From the NCBI GenBank assembly GCA_964013405.1, contig CAXGWI010000005.1, positions 10,792-74,791 of the forward strand: a stretch of 64,000 nt of DNA. Reading direction: 5' to 3'. The position numbers and the translations under genes are program-made. The notes below the pieces were generated by a model. That model worked only from the letters and a program-made list of their open reading frames with translations. It was not told where the DNA came from and did not search any database. Each line of letters opens with the position of its first letter. Position 1 is the first letter of the stretch. Shown one piece after another: positions 17,776 through 28,985 of this stretch. The stretch is from an uncultured Myxococcales bacterium. GTDB lineage: Bacteria > Myxococcota > UBA4151.

Positions 17776-18303
17776 ATGACCCATGTGATCGGCCTCTTTG
17801 TCTTACTCGCTGGCCCCAGCAGTGTGCCTGCAAAGGGCTCCGCACCTTCGAAGGCCCCGGCGGTCAAGTTGCCGGCCGTCCCCAAGGTCAATGTTCCAAA
17901 GTTGCCCAGCCCAGGCCTGGCGAAACCGGCGAAGCCCTTAGCCACCAAGGGCAAGTTGAAGCCGATGCGCCCCCGGGCCTTCTACAAACTGCGTCGCCGC
18001 CTTCGCCAGGCTCAGGGCGCCCAGGCTCGCCTGCGAGTCCTCAAGCGTGGGCTGAAGAAATGGCATGTGGATCTCAACCAAAGCGAGTTGCTCATCAAAG
18101 GCTTCAAGGGGGAGCAGGTTCGCATCGCTGCCTTTAAGGTGATCCGGCCGAAAATGGTGTCGAAGCGGCAGGGGATGGTTGGTTGGTGGGCCGTCGACGG
18201 CGCCAACTTTCGACCGGCCCAAGTTCGCCGGTTTCAAGGGCTGTTTCACAGTAAGAACGGCAAGAGTATCGTCGATTTCGGCGGCAGTCAGCTCAAGCCC
18301 TAA
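17776..18303 (+). CDS. Basic secreted protein with Pro/Lys-rich linker and DUF4476-like domain
   Basis: Signal-like N-terminus, AGGAG SD, and M..F..L...RL...Q...L.K.F...I.PKMV pattern resembling DUF4476. Confidence 0.5.
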   Translation: MTHVIGLFVLLAGPSSVPAKGSAPSKAPAVKLPAVPKVNVPKLPSPGLAKPAKPLATKGKLKPMRPRAFYKLRRRLRQAQGAQARLRVLKRGLKKWHVDLNQSELLIKGFKGEQVRIAAFKVIRPKMVSKRQGMVGWWAVDGANFRPAQVRRFQGLFHSKNGKSIVDFGGSQLKP

Positions 18304-19132
18304 GGTAACCTAGATCTTCTCGGCGCGTCGTGAAGACCAGGTGTAGGCAGGTCCAAACGTAAAAGGCATTTTGACCAAACCAACCGTCCAGGACGGGGGC
18401 GTAGCCGGCCCGCCACAAGAAGAAGCTGATGAGCATGATGCCATTGACCGTCAGCACATCCCGTACATAGGGCCCCATACGCTCCGGTTTGCCGGCGAAG
18501 CGCAAACCGTAGAACAGATACCAGTTGAGGTAGTGATACAGAATGATCGCACCCCAAAGGGTATCTGCGGGGATGCGCCGCCCGGCCAGATAGAAACCTG
18601 CGAGGATCAGCCAGGCGCCAGCAAAGTAGGCTGAGATCCCGTCGCTTCTCCATTGTCGCAGCGGTGCCAGCGCCAGTCGGGCAAGCCAAAGGGCGAGACT
18701 TAAAGCAAAGGCAAAGCCCAGACCTTCAAAAGCGTAGAGGTGTTCCAGTTCGTAGGCTGCGAGCATCAGCAGCGCAGGAAGGATCTCGAGGAGGCCTTGG
18801 AGCGTGGCCCGGCCGCCCATCAGATGCCGCTCATCACTGAGCATATGCCAGGCAAAATAGATGCTCGTGACCGCAGCCAGGAGCAGGGCGTCCTGGGTCA
18901 ACCAGTAGCCGCCAGCAAAGACGAGGACCGCGAGACCGTAGCTGAGGAGGAGGGTGCGGCTGACCTTTTTTGCCTTGAAGCGATAGAGGTAGGCGATCAC
19001 GAAATGGCCCTGGCCCACCACGATGAACAACAGGACCATGTCTTTTGGCGCAAGCAGCAGGGCACAGGCGACGGTGATCAGACCGCTGATCAACTTCTCG
19101 CTACTGCGGGGGTATTGGAGCAGCCAGGTCAT
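18293..19132 (-). CDS. Polytopic membrane protein with four membrane-proximal His residues
   Basis: About 8-9 hydrophobic segments; GQGHF, YFAWHMLSDE, LYHYLNWY, CLHLVF. ATGA overlap with the acyltransferase. Confidence 0.7.
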   Translation of the reverse strand: MTWLLQYPRSSEKLISGLITVACALLLAPKDMVLLFIVVGQGHFVIAYLYRFKAKKVSRTLLLSYGLAVLVFAGGYWLTQDALLLAAVTSIYFAWHMLSDERHLMGGRATLQGLLEILPALLMLAAYELEHLYAFEGLGFAFALSLALWLARLALAPLRQWRSDGISAYFAGAWLILAGFYLAGRRIPADTLWGAIILYHYLNWYLFYGLRFAGKPERMGPYVRDVLTVNGIMLISFFLWRAGYAPVLDGWFGQNAFYVWTCLHLVFTTRREDLGYLRA

Positions 19133-20268
19133 CGGGGCTTTCTCCCTCGCTGCAAAATTGGGCGCTCAAGCCCGTACCAACTGGCCGCGCCGAGACCGAT
19201 GGCGGCGATAAACATCGCGGGGACCTGAACCCAAGGACTGCTGATGCCTTGTTCAAAGAGGAGGACGCTGACCACCATGAAACCGAGCATGTGCAACAGG
19301 TAGAGACCGTAGCTGATCCGTCCCAGCCAGACAGGGATGGGGTGACTCAGGAAGCTGTGGAGCCCTCTGGGTAGACCGGTGAGGGCGAGGCCAAGCCAGC
19401 CGCCAAAACCCAAGGCCAGAAGGCTGAAGCCGCCCACAGCGAGCCCCGGTCGGTTGATGCCGAGAAGGGGAGCGACGGGGTCCTGCCAGGCCAGCAGGCC
19501 CAAGCCGATGAAGGCCAGCGGGCTCAGGTAGCAGCTGAGCTGGCGGAGGCGGGCCGGCGAGCACCGCTCCGGGTGCCGTTGGGCCCAGGCGACAAAAGCG
19601 CCGGCCGCAAAGTCATCCAAGCGAAAGGGCGTGACGTGATAGATCAAGCCTTCGATGGGCATCTGCTGCAGCGCCAACAGTTTCAGCGCCGGTAGGCCCA
19701 GGACCAAGCCGGCGAAGACCTTACCTAGATGGCGGCGGGGGAGACGCAAGATGACGAGGGGCCACAGGAGGTAGAAGTGGGCTTCCACACCCAAGGACCA
19801 GCTGGGGGTCAGGATCCAACTCCAAAAGGGCTGGTCAGTGAAGTTGTGACTCAAGGTGGCGAATCGCCAAAGAGCCAGGCCTTCTGGGTCGTGCTGCAGC
19901 GGACCGGGCAAGTGCGGACCGAGCCCAAAGGCGATGAGTAAGGTCACAAAATACAGGGGGAGAATTCGCAGGGCTCGCCGGCGATAAAAGGTCCGGAGAC
20001 TGGCCCCTTGCGGGAGTTCGAGGAGAATTCGACTGATCAGATAGCCGGAAAGAACAAAGAAAAGGTCCACACCGGCCCAGCCGACTTCCCAAAAACTTCT
20101 GGGGCTCTTCTCGGTGATGGCCGTCAGAAAAGACTGAGGATCACCATTGGCCCACAACACCCATTGGGCGTGCAGCACCATGACCATCAGGATGGCCAAG
20201 GCCCTAAGGCCGTCCAACTGGGGAAGATATCCGCCGCGCCAAGCGCCGGGCTGAGGCTGTTGGTTCAC
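19129..20268 (-). CDS. Acyltransferase family 3 (OafA/YrhL-like)
   Basis: LDGLRALAILMV, GVDLFFVLSGYLI, FYRRRALRILPLY, WSLGVEAHFY, GRISYGLYLLH. Start uncertain (GTG 20268 or ATG 20322). Confidence 0.9.
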   Translation of the reverse strand: MNQQPQPGAWRGGYLPQLDGLRALAILMVMVLHAQWVLWANGDPQSFLTAITEKSPRSFWEVGWAGVDLFFVLSGYLISRILLELPQGASLRTFYRRRALRILPLYFVTLLIAFGLGPHLPGPLQHDPEGLALWRFATLSHNFTDQPFWSWILTPSWSLGVEAHFYLLWPLVILRLPRRHLGKVFAGLVLGLPALKLLALQQMPIEGLIYHVTPFRLDDFAAGAFVAWAQRHPERCSPARLRQLSCYLSPLAFIGLGLLAWQDPVAPLLGINRPGLAVGGFSLLALGFGGWLGLALTGLPRGLHSFLSHPIPVWLGRISYGLYLLHMLGFMVVSVLLFEQGISSPWVQVPAMFIAAIGLGAASWYGLERPILQRGRKPR

Positions 20269-20347
20269 GGCACCAGCCTGCGTCAGCTTGAGGGCTCGAT
20301 CAAGGTAGCGGCTTTGTGGCATGGTCGCCGGGCCGAAGGAGTTTGGT

Positions 20348-21226
20348 ATGCGCGCTGTCTCAATGCTTGCTGTGGGGGTCCTGTTCTGTGCTTGTCCGAG
20401 CGAGACGCCGGATGGGGATGCGGGGGTCGCGCTCGATACGGGCCCAGGGGGCGGCGGTGCCATGGATGGGGGTGTTGATCCGGCCGACACGGGTGTTGCT
20501 CCCGACGGGGACGCCGGTGGTGGCGATGCCGTTGATGGGGGGGGTGATCCGGTCGATGGCGGCCTTGTTGAGGACGCCGGTGCTGTCGTTGTCGACGCGG
20601 GGCCCGTTGAGGGCACCCAAATGAGCGGCACCGTCCGCGACTTTCAGTCTCAGGTCGGCGTGCCCGGGGTTCGAGTTTGTGTCTACGAGCAGCCGGAGTT
20701 TCCCTGCACGACCAGCGACCAGGACGGCGCCTATAGTCTCATCGTTCCCCCAGGCGAGTTGGTGATGATCTTCGACCAAGGCGAGAATCCTGTGATTCCG
20801 CAACTCATGCCGCTTATCATCGGTGAAGCGCCTTTCGGCTGGAACCAGATCGTGATCAATCAGCAGGCCAGCGGCATGATGTTCCAGCTTTGGGGCCAAG
20901 AAAACGACCCGACAAAGGGAAGCGTGGCGGTGACCAGTTTTGTGGCGCCGCGGGAGTCCGATGGCCTGCAGGGCGCGGTGGCTGCGATCGATCCGGTGCG
21001 TGGCGCTGGGCCCTTCTATACCGCCAATGGATTTCCCAGCGCCGGCGCTTCGGTGACCGACACTAATGGCCTTGCGGCTTTCCTGAACGTGGATCCGGGC
21101 GAAGGTTTCACAGCCACCGTCACCAAGGAGGGCTGGACCTGTGAGGTGCCGAGCGACCGAGAGCCCAACAGCTTCCCGGTGGTAGCCGGTCACCTCACCA
21201 GCGTCACTCGCCGGTGCACCGAATAG
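20348..21226 (+). CDS. Lipoprotein with acidic DGG/DAG linker and carboxypeptidase-regulatory-like beta-sandwich
   Basis: GAAGGAG SD before ATG 20348, lipobox FCAC, GVRVCVY...TTSDQDGAYSL, TDTNGLAAFLNV. Confidence 0.7.
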   Translation: MRAVSMLAVGVLFCACPSETPDGDAGVALDTGPGGGGAMDGGVDPADTGVAPDGDAGGGDAVDGGGDPVDGGLVEDAGAVVVDAGPVEGTQMSGTVRDFQSQVGVPGVRVCVYEQPEFPCTTSDQDGAYSLIVPPGELVMIFDQGENPVIPQLMPLIIGEAPFGWNQIVINQQASGMMFQLWGQENDPTKGSVAVTSFVAPRESDGLQGAVAAIDPVRGAGPFYTANGFPSAGASVTDTNGLAAFLNVDPGEGFTATVTKEGWTCEVPSDREPNSFPVVAGHLTSVTRRCTE

Positions 21227-21231
21227 CCGAC

Positions 21232-22755
21232 CTAATCGCGGTCTCGGTCTTTGAGTTTGGCGTGCAGGGCCTGGCGACTGATCCCAAGGCAGCGGGCCGC
21301 TTCTGATTTTTTGCCGCGGCAGTGTTTCAGGGTTGCGTCGACGATGCGCTGTTCGAAGGCGCGCATTTGATCCTTCAGGCTGACGCTGCCATCGGCGATG
21401 ATGTCCAGGCTGCGGGGGGCGACTTCCTGTCGAAGTTCGGGTGAGCAGCGATTGAGCTCGATGGCCTCACCGGGCGGCGTAAGGGCCACGAGTCGCTCTG
21501 CCTCTCGGCGCAGCTGCCGCACATTACCCGGCCAGTGATAGGCCTCAAAGCGTTCCACCACTTCTGGGGCGATCCCCCGGATCGGCTTTTGCCACGCTTC
21601 GCTGGTCTGCGCGACAAAGCGTTCCAGCATCAAGGGAATGTCCAGCAGTCGCTCCCGCAGGGGGGGGACGGTGACTTGGACCGAGAAGAGTCGATAGTAG
21701 AGGTCTTCCCGAAAGCTACCGTCGGCCACCTTGGCTTCTAGATCTTGATTGGTCGCTGACAACAAGCGGAAGTGGTAGTGGACCAGCCGCTGACCACCCA
21801 CTCGGCGCCCTTCTTTTTGCTCCAATGCGCGCAGGAGCTTTGCCTGCAGGGCCAAAGGCATTTCACCCACTTCATCGAGAAAGAGCGTGCCGCTCGCGGC
21901 CATCTCCAAAAATCCGGGTTTGCTTTTCTCTGCCCCCGTAAAAGCCCCCCGTTCATGGCCAAAGAACTCACTCTCGATGAGGTTTTCTGGGATGGCCGCG
22001 CAATTGACGGCCACGAAGGGGCGCCCTGGGTCGCCGGAGAGTTGGTGTAGTCGCCGGGCCACCAGCTCCTTGCCCGTGCCATTCTCGCCGGTGATCAAGA
22101 CGGCCGCAGGGGTTGGTCCGAGGGCTTCGATCTCATCGAGGATCTGAATCATCTGTGGGTCACTGGCGATAAAGGAGCGGCTGCGATCGGGTAGGGACGC
22201 GAGCTCTCGACTCAGTTCGGCGCCGAGCGCGACCAGGCGATCCTGGGCCCAGACGGACTCGATGGCGTGGGAAAGGCCGTCGGCTAGCCCTTCGAGGCGC
22301 TCTTGGTCCTGATCGCTAAAGCCGCCCTCCTTGTTGAGCACTTCGATAACCCCCACGACCTCAGAGCCCATGGCTCGGCTGCGGACGGGTACACAGAGGA
22401 TGTTTTGGAGTTGGAAGCCGGTGGCCTTCTCAGCCTGCTGATGGGAGGGGGCTGCGGGGTTGGGCTCATTGTCGATCACTGCTTCGCCGCTGGTCGCCAC
22501 TCGGCCGGCGATGCTTTTGGGGTCGCTGACCTCGATCTCTCCTTCGGAGATCCCCGTGCCATACTTGGCGCCCAAGGTGTCGTCTTCGGGGTCGGCTAGG
22601 AAGATGGAGCAACGCTCACAGTGAAAGAGCTTGGGGAGCAGCTCCACGAAGACTCGAATCAGTCGATCATGGGTTTCCTCCCGACCGAGATCGGCGAGAG
22701 ATTGCACCCGGTGCTGGACGTGTTGGAGCCGTTCGCCAAAACCAAGAGTGTCCAT
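21232..22755 (-). CDS. Sigma54-dependent transcriptional activator (GAF + AAA+ + Fis HTH)
   Basis: GAF domain (NILCVPV...GVIEVLNK), GENGTGKE, GAFTGA, FREDLYYRL, WPGNVRQL, AARCLGISRQAL. Confidence 0.94.
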   Translation of the reverse strand: MDTLGFGERLQHVQHRVQSLADLGREETHDRLIRVFVELLPKLFHCERCSIFLADPEDDTLGAKYGTGISEGEIEVSDPKSIAGRVATSGEAVIDNEPNPAAPSHQQAEKATGFQLQNILCVPVRSRAMGSEVVGVIEVLNKEGGFSDQDQERLEGLADGLSHAIESVWAQDRLVALGAELSRELASLPDRSRSFIASDPQMIQILDEIEALGPTPAAVLITGENGTGKELVARRLHQLSGDPGRPFVAVNCAAIPENLIESEFFGHERGAFTGAEKSKPGFLEMAASGTLFLDEVGEMPLALQAKLLRALEQKEGRRVGGQRLVHYHFRLLSATNQDLEAKVADGSFREDLYYRLFSVQVTVPPLRERLLDIPLMLERFVAQTSEAWQKPIRGIAPEVVERFEAYHWPGNVRQLRREAERLVALTPPGEAIELNRCSPELRQEVAPRSLDIIADGSVSLKDQMRAFEQRIVDATLKHCRGKKSEAARCLGISRQALHAKLKDRDRD

Positions 22756-22808
22756 GCTTCTTTCCTTTTGACCTGATTCCTTGACTGGTGCTTACCATTT
22801 TTAACAAC

Positions 22809-22824
22809 GACAAGTTAACTTGTC
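22809..22824. promoter_or_regulatory. Perfect 16-bp palindrome, candidate operator in the divergent activator/fabH promoter region
   Basis: GACAAGTTAACTTGTC equals its own reverse complement and lies 4 bp upstream of TTGACC-N17-TAGTTC (22829-22857). Confidence 0.55.
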
Positions 22825-22875
22825 CTTCTTGACCCCCGAGGCAGGGCTTCCTAGTTCAGGGAGAGGAGAGACGAG

Positions 22876-23871
22876 ATGGCAGTTCGAGCGAAGGTGTTGG
22901 GCACTGGGAGTTATCTGCCGCCTAAGGTGGTCACGAATGACGACCTCGCACAGATCATGGATACCTCTGACGAGTGGATCCAACAGCGCTCCGGGATCAA
23001 GGCCCGCCGTTTCGTCGATGAAGGGGTTGTGACGAGTGATTTAGCTTTCGAAGCCTCAAAGGCCGCCCTCGCTTCGGCCGGGCTCGAAGCCAGCGATCTG
23101 GACATGATCATCGTCGCGACCTTTACGCCGGATCACTTCTTTCCCGGTCTCTCCAGCTTCCTGCAGCGCAAACTCGGGCTCGATGCCACCCCCGCGATGG
23201 ACCTGCGTTGCCAATGTACCGGCTTCGTTTATGCCCTGCAGACAGCGCGGGCCTTCGTGGAGTCTGGTATTTATCAACGGGTTCTTGTTTGTGGCGCTGA
23301 ACTTCATTCCCGAGGCTTGGAGTTCACGGACCGGGGGCGGGATACGGCCGTTTTGTTTGGTGATGGGGCGGGAGCGCTCATTCTCGGGCCGAGCGAGGCC
23401 GGTGACGGGATTCTCAATTGTCGTGTGTATGCCCAAGGTGAGCACGCTGAACGGCTCTGGATGGATGCGCCGGGACTGGCCTATCAGGGGCTGACCAACG
23501 CCCAGATGATTGCCGAGGGTCGGCAGGTGCCCTCGATGGACGGTCGTTTCGTCTTTAAGAATGCCGTGGCTCGCATGCCGGAAGTACTTCTGGAGACGCT
23601 AGGGGAATGCAGCCTAGGTCTTGATGACGTGGACCACTTCCTCTTTCATCAAGCGAATCTACGCATCAATGAGATGGTTGCCCGCAAGTTAGGCGCCGAT
23701 CCCAGCAAAGTGCACAACAACATCCAAGTGACCGGGAACACCAGTGCGGCCACTCTGCCGATCCTCTTCGACCAGATCATCCGGGAGGGTTTGGTTGCGC
23801 GGGGTCAATTGGTGACCATGACGGGATTCGGCAGCGGGTTTACTTGGGGCAGCTGCGTCATGCGCTACTAG
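22876..23871 (+). CDS. fabH: 3-oxoacyl-[ACP] synthase III
   Basis: MDTSDEWIQQRSGI, catalytic Cys (QCTGF), LFGDGAGA, FHQAN, GNTSAA, FGSGFTWG. Confidence 0.93.
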   Translation: MAVRAKVLGTGSYLPPKVVTNDDLAQIMDTSDEWIQQRSGIKARRFVDEGVVTSDLAFEASKAALASAGLEASDLDMIIVATFTPDHFFPGLSSFLQRKLGLDATPAMDLRCQCTGFVYALQTARAFVESGIYQRVLVCGAELHSRGLEFTDRGRDTAVLFGDGAGALILGPSEAGDGILNCRVYAQGEHAERLWMDAPGLAYQGLTNAQMIAEGRQVPSMDGRFVFKNAVARMPEVLLETLGECSLGLDDVDHFLFHQANLRINEMVARKLGADPSKVHNNIQVTGNTSAATLPILFDQIIREGLVARGQLVTMTGFGSGFTWGSCVMRY

Positions 23872-24301
23872 GCGCCGAGACCGACCAGGCGCAGGACAGC
23901 CCAGACGAGCCAAGACGCGAGCAGTGCCGGCTCAACCGCAGACCACAGCATGCGAGCTTGTGGGCCCGCCACCAAGCGACGGTGGTTTTGGGGAATCAAG
24001 CTCAAGAGGACGCAGGCCGTTAGGATGGCGAAGAGGAAGGGGCCAAAGAGGTGTGCGTCGAAGGCCTGGCTCCATTGAAGATGACCCATATGAACGAAGG
24101 CTCGGGTGAGGCCGCACCCAGGGCAGTTCAGGTCGGTCCAGCGACGAAAGATACAGATGATGGGGCCGCTGTGGACCACCGTTGTTGGGACGAGGGCCGA
24201 TACCAGGAGGATGAGGGCGCTGACGGTCCGGCCGGTCCGGCTGAAGAGACCGTCGACCCATAGTGCTGGGCTCTGTTCTCGGGGGGCAGGGGGGGCGTCA
24301 T
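23868..24301 (-). CDS. DUF2752-family membrane protein; start uncertain, possible 1-nt frameshift near the 5' end
   Basis: C.FR..T...CPGCGLTRAF motif. The in-frame N-terminal TM segment extends upstream of the only in-frame GTG (24179), while ATG 24301 is 1 nt out of frame across poly-G tracts. Confidence 0.7.
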
Positions 24302-24327
24302 GGGTCGTCGTCGATTCGATGGCCGCC

Positions 24328-24555
24328 TCACTTCACCAAAGGGCGACCCAGAACATCGGGCAGCTGATTGGTCGCGATCAGGACGATGTCGTAGAGGGCC
24401 CAAAGTCCACAGCCACCGAAGGTCAGGAGCTTCAAGGTACCCAAGAGACGGTAGCCGAGATAAAAGCGATCCAGACCGAGAAAGCCGGTCAGGACCGCGA
24501 GGATCAGGGCCAGGATCCAGTGACATGGCTCCATCGGTTCGGCGTCTTCGCCCAC
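24328..24555 (-). CDS. TM2 domain-containing protein
   Basis: GFLGLDRFYLG...KLLTFGGCGLWALYD signature. Adjacent to DUF2752, a common pairing. Confidence 0.9.
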   Translation of the reverse strand: MGEDAEPMEPCHWILALILAVLTGFLGLDRFYLGYRLLGTLKLLTFGGCGLWALYDIVLIATNQLPDVLGRPLVK

Positions 24556-24673
24556 AGTACCCCCTTCACTTCTGTTAAGTGTGGGAGTGGAACCGCCGGG
24601 TCAAGACCTTGGGAGCGGGCTCCCCCGGCAGTGTACATTTGTGCCCGGGCCCGGTGAGGTCTAGTCTGTTGCC

Positions 24674-26044
24674 ATGATTCGTGTCGTCTGTTTCGGGCTT
24701 GCCATGGTCTTCGTGATGGCTTGCGAAGACCCCGAGCCGCTCCCCCCCACGCCGGAGGAGTTGGCCCGCCTCATGGATCCCCAGACCTGTGGGGAGTGTC
24801 ATCCGGCTCACCTCAGCGAATGGGCTGGCTCGATGCACGCCTACGCCAGCGAGGACCCGGTATTTTTGGCCATGAACGCCAAGGGGCAGCGGGAAACCGG
24901 CGGGCAGCTCGGTTCTTTCTGTGTTCAATGCCATGCGCCTGTAGCCGTTCGCACGGGGGCCACGACGGATGGATTGAACCTGGCCGAGCTCCCGGCCGCT
25001 ATGAAAGGGGTCACCTGTTACGCCTGTCATGCCGTGTCTGCGGTGGAAGGAAGTCACAACAACCCACTGGTCTTTAGTGACGATGGTGTGATGCGAGGGG
25101 GCTTTGCCGACGCGGCTGAGAATCCGGTGCACGCCTCGAGCTACAGCAACCTCCACGACCGAGATCACCTCGCCAGTGCCGATCTCTGTGGCAGTTGCCA
25201 TGATATCGTGAACCCTCTGGGTGTTCACCTCGAACAGACCTACAAAGAGTGGAAAGACAGCCTGTTCAGCGATCCGACCAACCCGGACCGCTCCACTTGT
25301 AATCGCTGCCATATGCCCGGTCGCACCGATGTGATCGCGGACTACGAGGGGGTGTCTTTGCGTCGCCACCATGATCACCGCATGCCTGGTGTGGATGTGG
25401 CCCTGACCCCGTTCCCAGATCGGGAAGGCCAGCGGGCCGCAGTCCAGTTGAGCTTAGACACCACGCTGTCAGCCAGACTTTGTGTGGGTTGGGATGGGGA
25501 AAACACCCGTTTGTTGGTGCAGATGGAGAACATGGGCGCCGGGCACGCATGGCCCAGCGGTGCGGTTCAGGATCGGCGGGCATGGATCGAGATCATTGGT
25601 CACGAGGGGGATACCCTGCGTTTCTCCACAGGTCAGGTCGCCGATGGTGAGCCGATGACGAATCTCAAGGCTGAGGACCCCCAGATGATCACCTTTGGCG
25701 CCACGGGATACGATGCTGAGGGCAATGTGACCCATGACTTCTGGGATATGGTGCGCACCGAGTCCGATTTGATGCCTTCGCCTATCCCCCACCTTCGCGG
25801 GATCGATACGGGGGAAAACCACCGCAACTACAACCTGTCCTTTCCGGGCGCCGTCGATCGGGTGGAGATGCGGGTGCGGTTGCGACCCATGGGCCTGGAG
25901 ATCCTCCAGGAACTCATCGATCATGAGGGCTTAGATCCGGCTGTGAAGGCGGCCATGCCGACTTTTGATTTGGGCTCAACGCGCCTGGTCTGGACCCCTG
26001 AAGCGGCCGACCAGAGCGGCTGCGTGCCAGCCCTTTCCCGCTAA
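24674..26044 (+). CDS. Multiheme (five CxxCH) c-type cytochrome lipoprotein, cytochrome c554-like N-terminus
   Basis: CGECH, CVQCH, CYACH, CGSCH, CNRCH; W.GSMHA; AGHAWPSG. Lipobox VMAC. Confidence 0.85.
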   Translation: MIRVVCFGLAMVFVMACEDPEPLPPTPEELARLMDPQTCGECHPAHLSEWAGSMHAYASEDPVFLAMNAKGQRETGGQLGSFCVQCHAPVAVRTGATTDGLNLAELPAAMKGVTCYACHAVSAVEGSHNNPLVFSDDGVMRGGFADAAENPVHASSYSNLHDRDHLASADLCGSCHDIVNPLGVHLEQTYKEWKDSLFSDPTNPDRSTCNRCHMPGRTDVIADYEGVSLRRHHDHRMPGVDVALTPFPDREGQRAAVQLSLDTTLSARLCVGWDGENTRLLVQMENMGAGHAWPSGAVQDRRAWIEIIGHEGDTLRFSTGQVADGEPMTNLKAEDPQMITFGATGYDAEGNVTHDFWDMVRTESDLMPSPIPHLRGIDTGENHRNYNLSFPGAVDRVEMRVRLRPMGLEILQELIDHEGLDPAVKAAMPTFDLGSTRLVWTPEAADQSGCVPALSR

Positions 26045-26091
26045 AGTCTCGAAGCCCTTTTCCTTCGGCTCATTCAGCGCGAACAGCCCCC

Positions 26092-28037
<1,946 letters not shown>

Positions 28038-28041
<4 letters not shown>

Positions 28042-28961
28042 ACCCGCTCGGCAAACCAGGCCACGGTTTGCTGAAGGCCTGTTTGGAGGTCCATGCGGGG
28101 TGTCCAGCCTAAGCGCTCGGTCGCCAACTGATGACTGATCACGCTGCGACGCTGTTCCCCCGGCTTGCCCGGCGCGTAGGCGGGCTCGCCGTCATACTTG
28201 GCCGCATCGCCGATCACGCGGGCAAGTTCATTCACATCGGTTTCAATGCCCGTCCCGATATTCATCGATCCGGAGGCCTCGGGATGGTCGAGTAAACTCA
28301 GATAGCCGGCCACCACGTCGCCCACATAGACATAGTCTCTTGTTTGTCCCCCATCACCGAAGATGGTGGGCTGCTCGCCAGCGAGCATCTTTTGGCTAAA
28401 GATCGCGACCACGCCAGCCTCCCCATGGGGATCTTGGCGAGGACCATAAACATTCGCCAAGCGAAGGGCAGCGGTTCGCATGCCGCTGGTTCGCCCGAAG
28501 TAGTCTAGGTACTGTTCGCCGGCGAGCTTGGACAGCCCGTAGGGGCTTTCACTGCGACAGGGGTGGGACTCGGAGGCAGGATACTCGGACTGCTCGCCGT
28601 AAATGGCCCCCCCGGTACTCGCCATGGCAAAGAGTTGGCAGCCGCTCTCGGCGGCAGCCCGTGCAAGGGCAATGGTCCCCAGGACATTGACTTGGGCATC
28701 GAAAATTGGATCGGCGACACTATGGCGCACGTCCATCTGGGCGGCGAAGTGAAAGACCGCATCGGGGGCAAAGTCCCGCAGGGCGTCGATCGCTTCCGGT
28801 TGGGTGATATCCAGTTGAAGAAATCGAGCTTGCTCCGGCAGGTTTGCCCTGCTGCCACGACTCAAGTCGTCGATGATGAGGACCTCATGCCCTCGGGCAC
28901 AAGCGCCGTCTGCAAGGTGTGAGCCGATAAAACCGGCGCCGCCGGTAACGAGGGTGCGCAT
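28038..28961 (-). CDS. NAD-dependent sugar epimerase/dehydratase (UDP-glucose 4-epimerase-like)
   Basis: TGGAGFIGSH, STGGAIYG, YGLSK, NVYGPRQDPHGEAGVV. GAGGAG SD before ATG 28961. Confidence 0.93.
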
Positions 28962-28985
28962 TTGAGATCTCCTCAAGCCAATGGT

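Noticed and set aside
20323..20631. Pro/Ser/Thr-rich N-terminal extension of the acyltransferase ORF
   Set aside because: It is the reverse complement of the DGG/DAG linker of the divergent lipoprotein, which has a strong SD at 20348.
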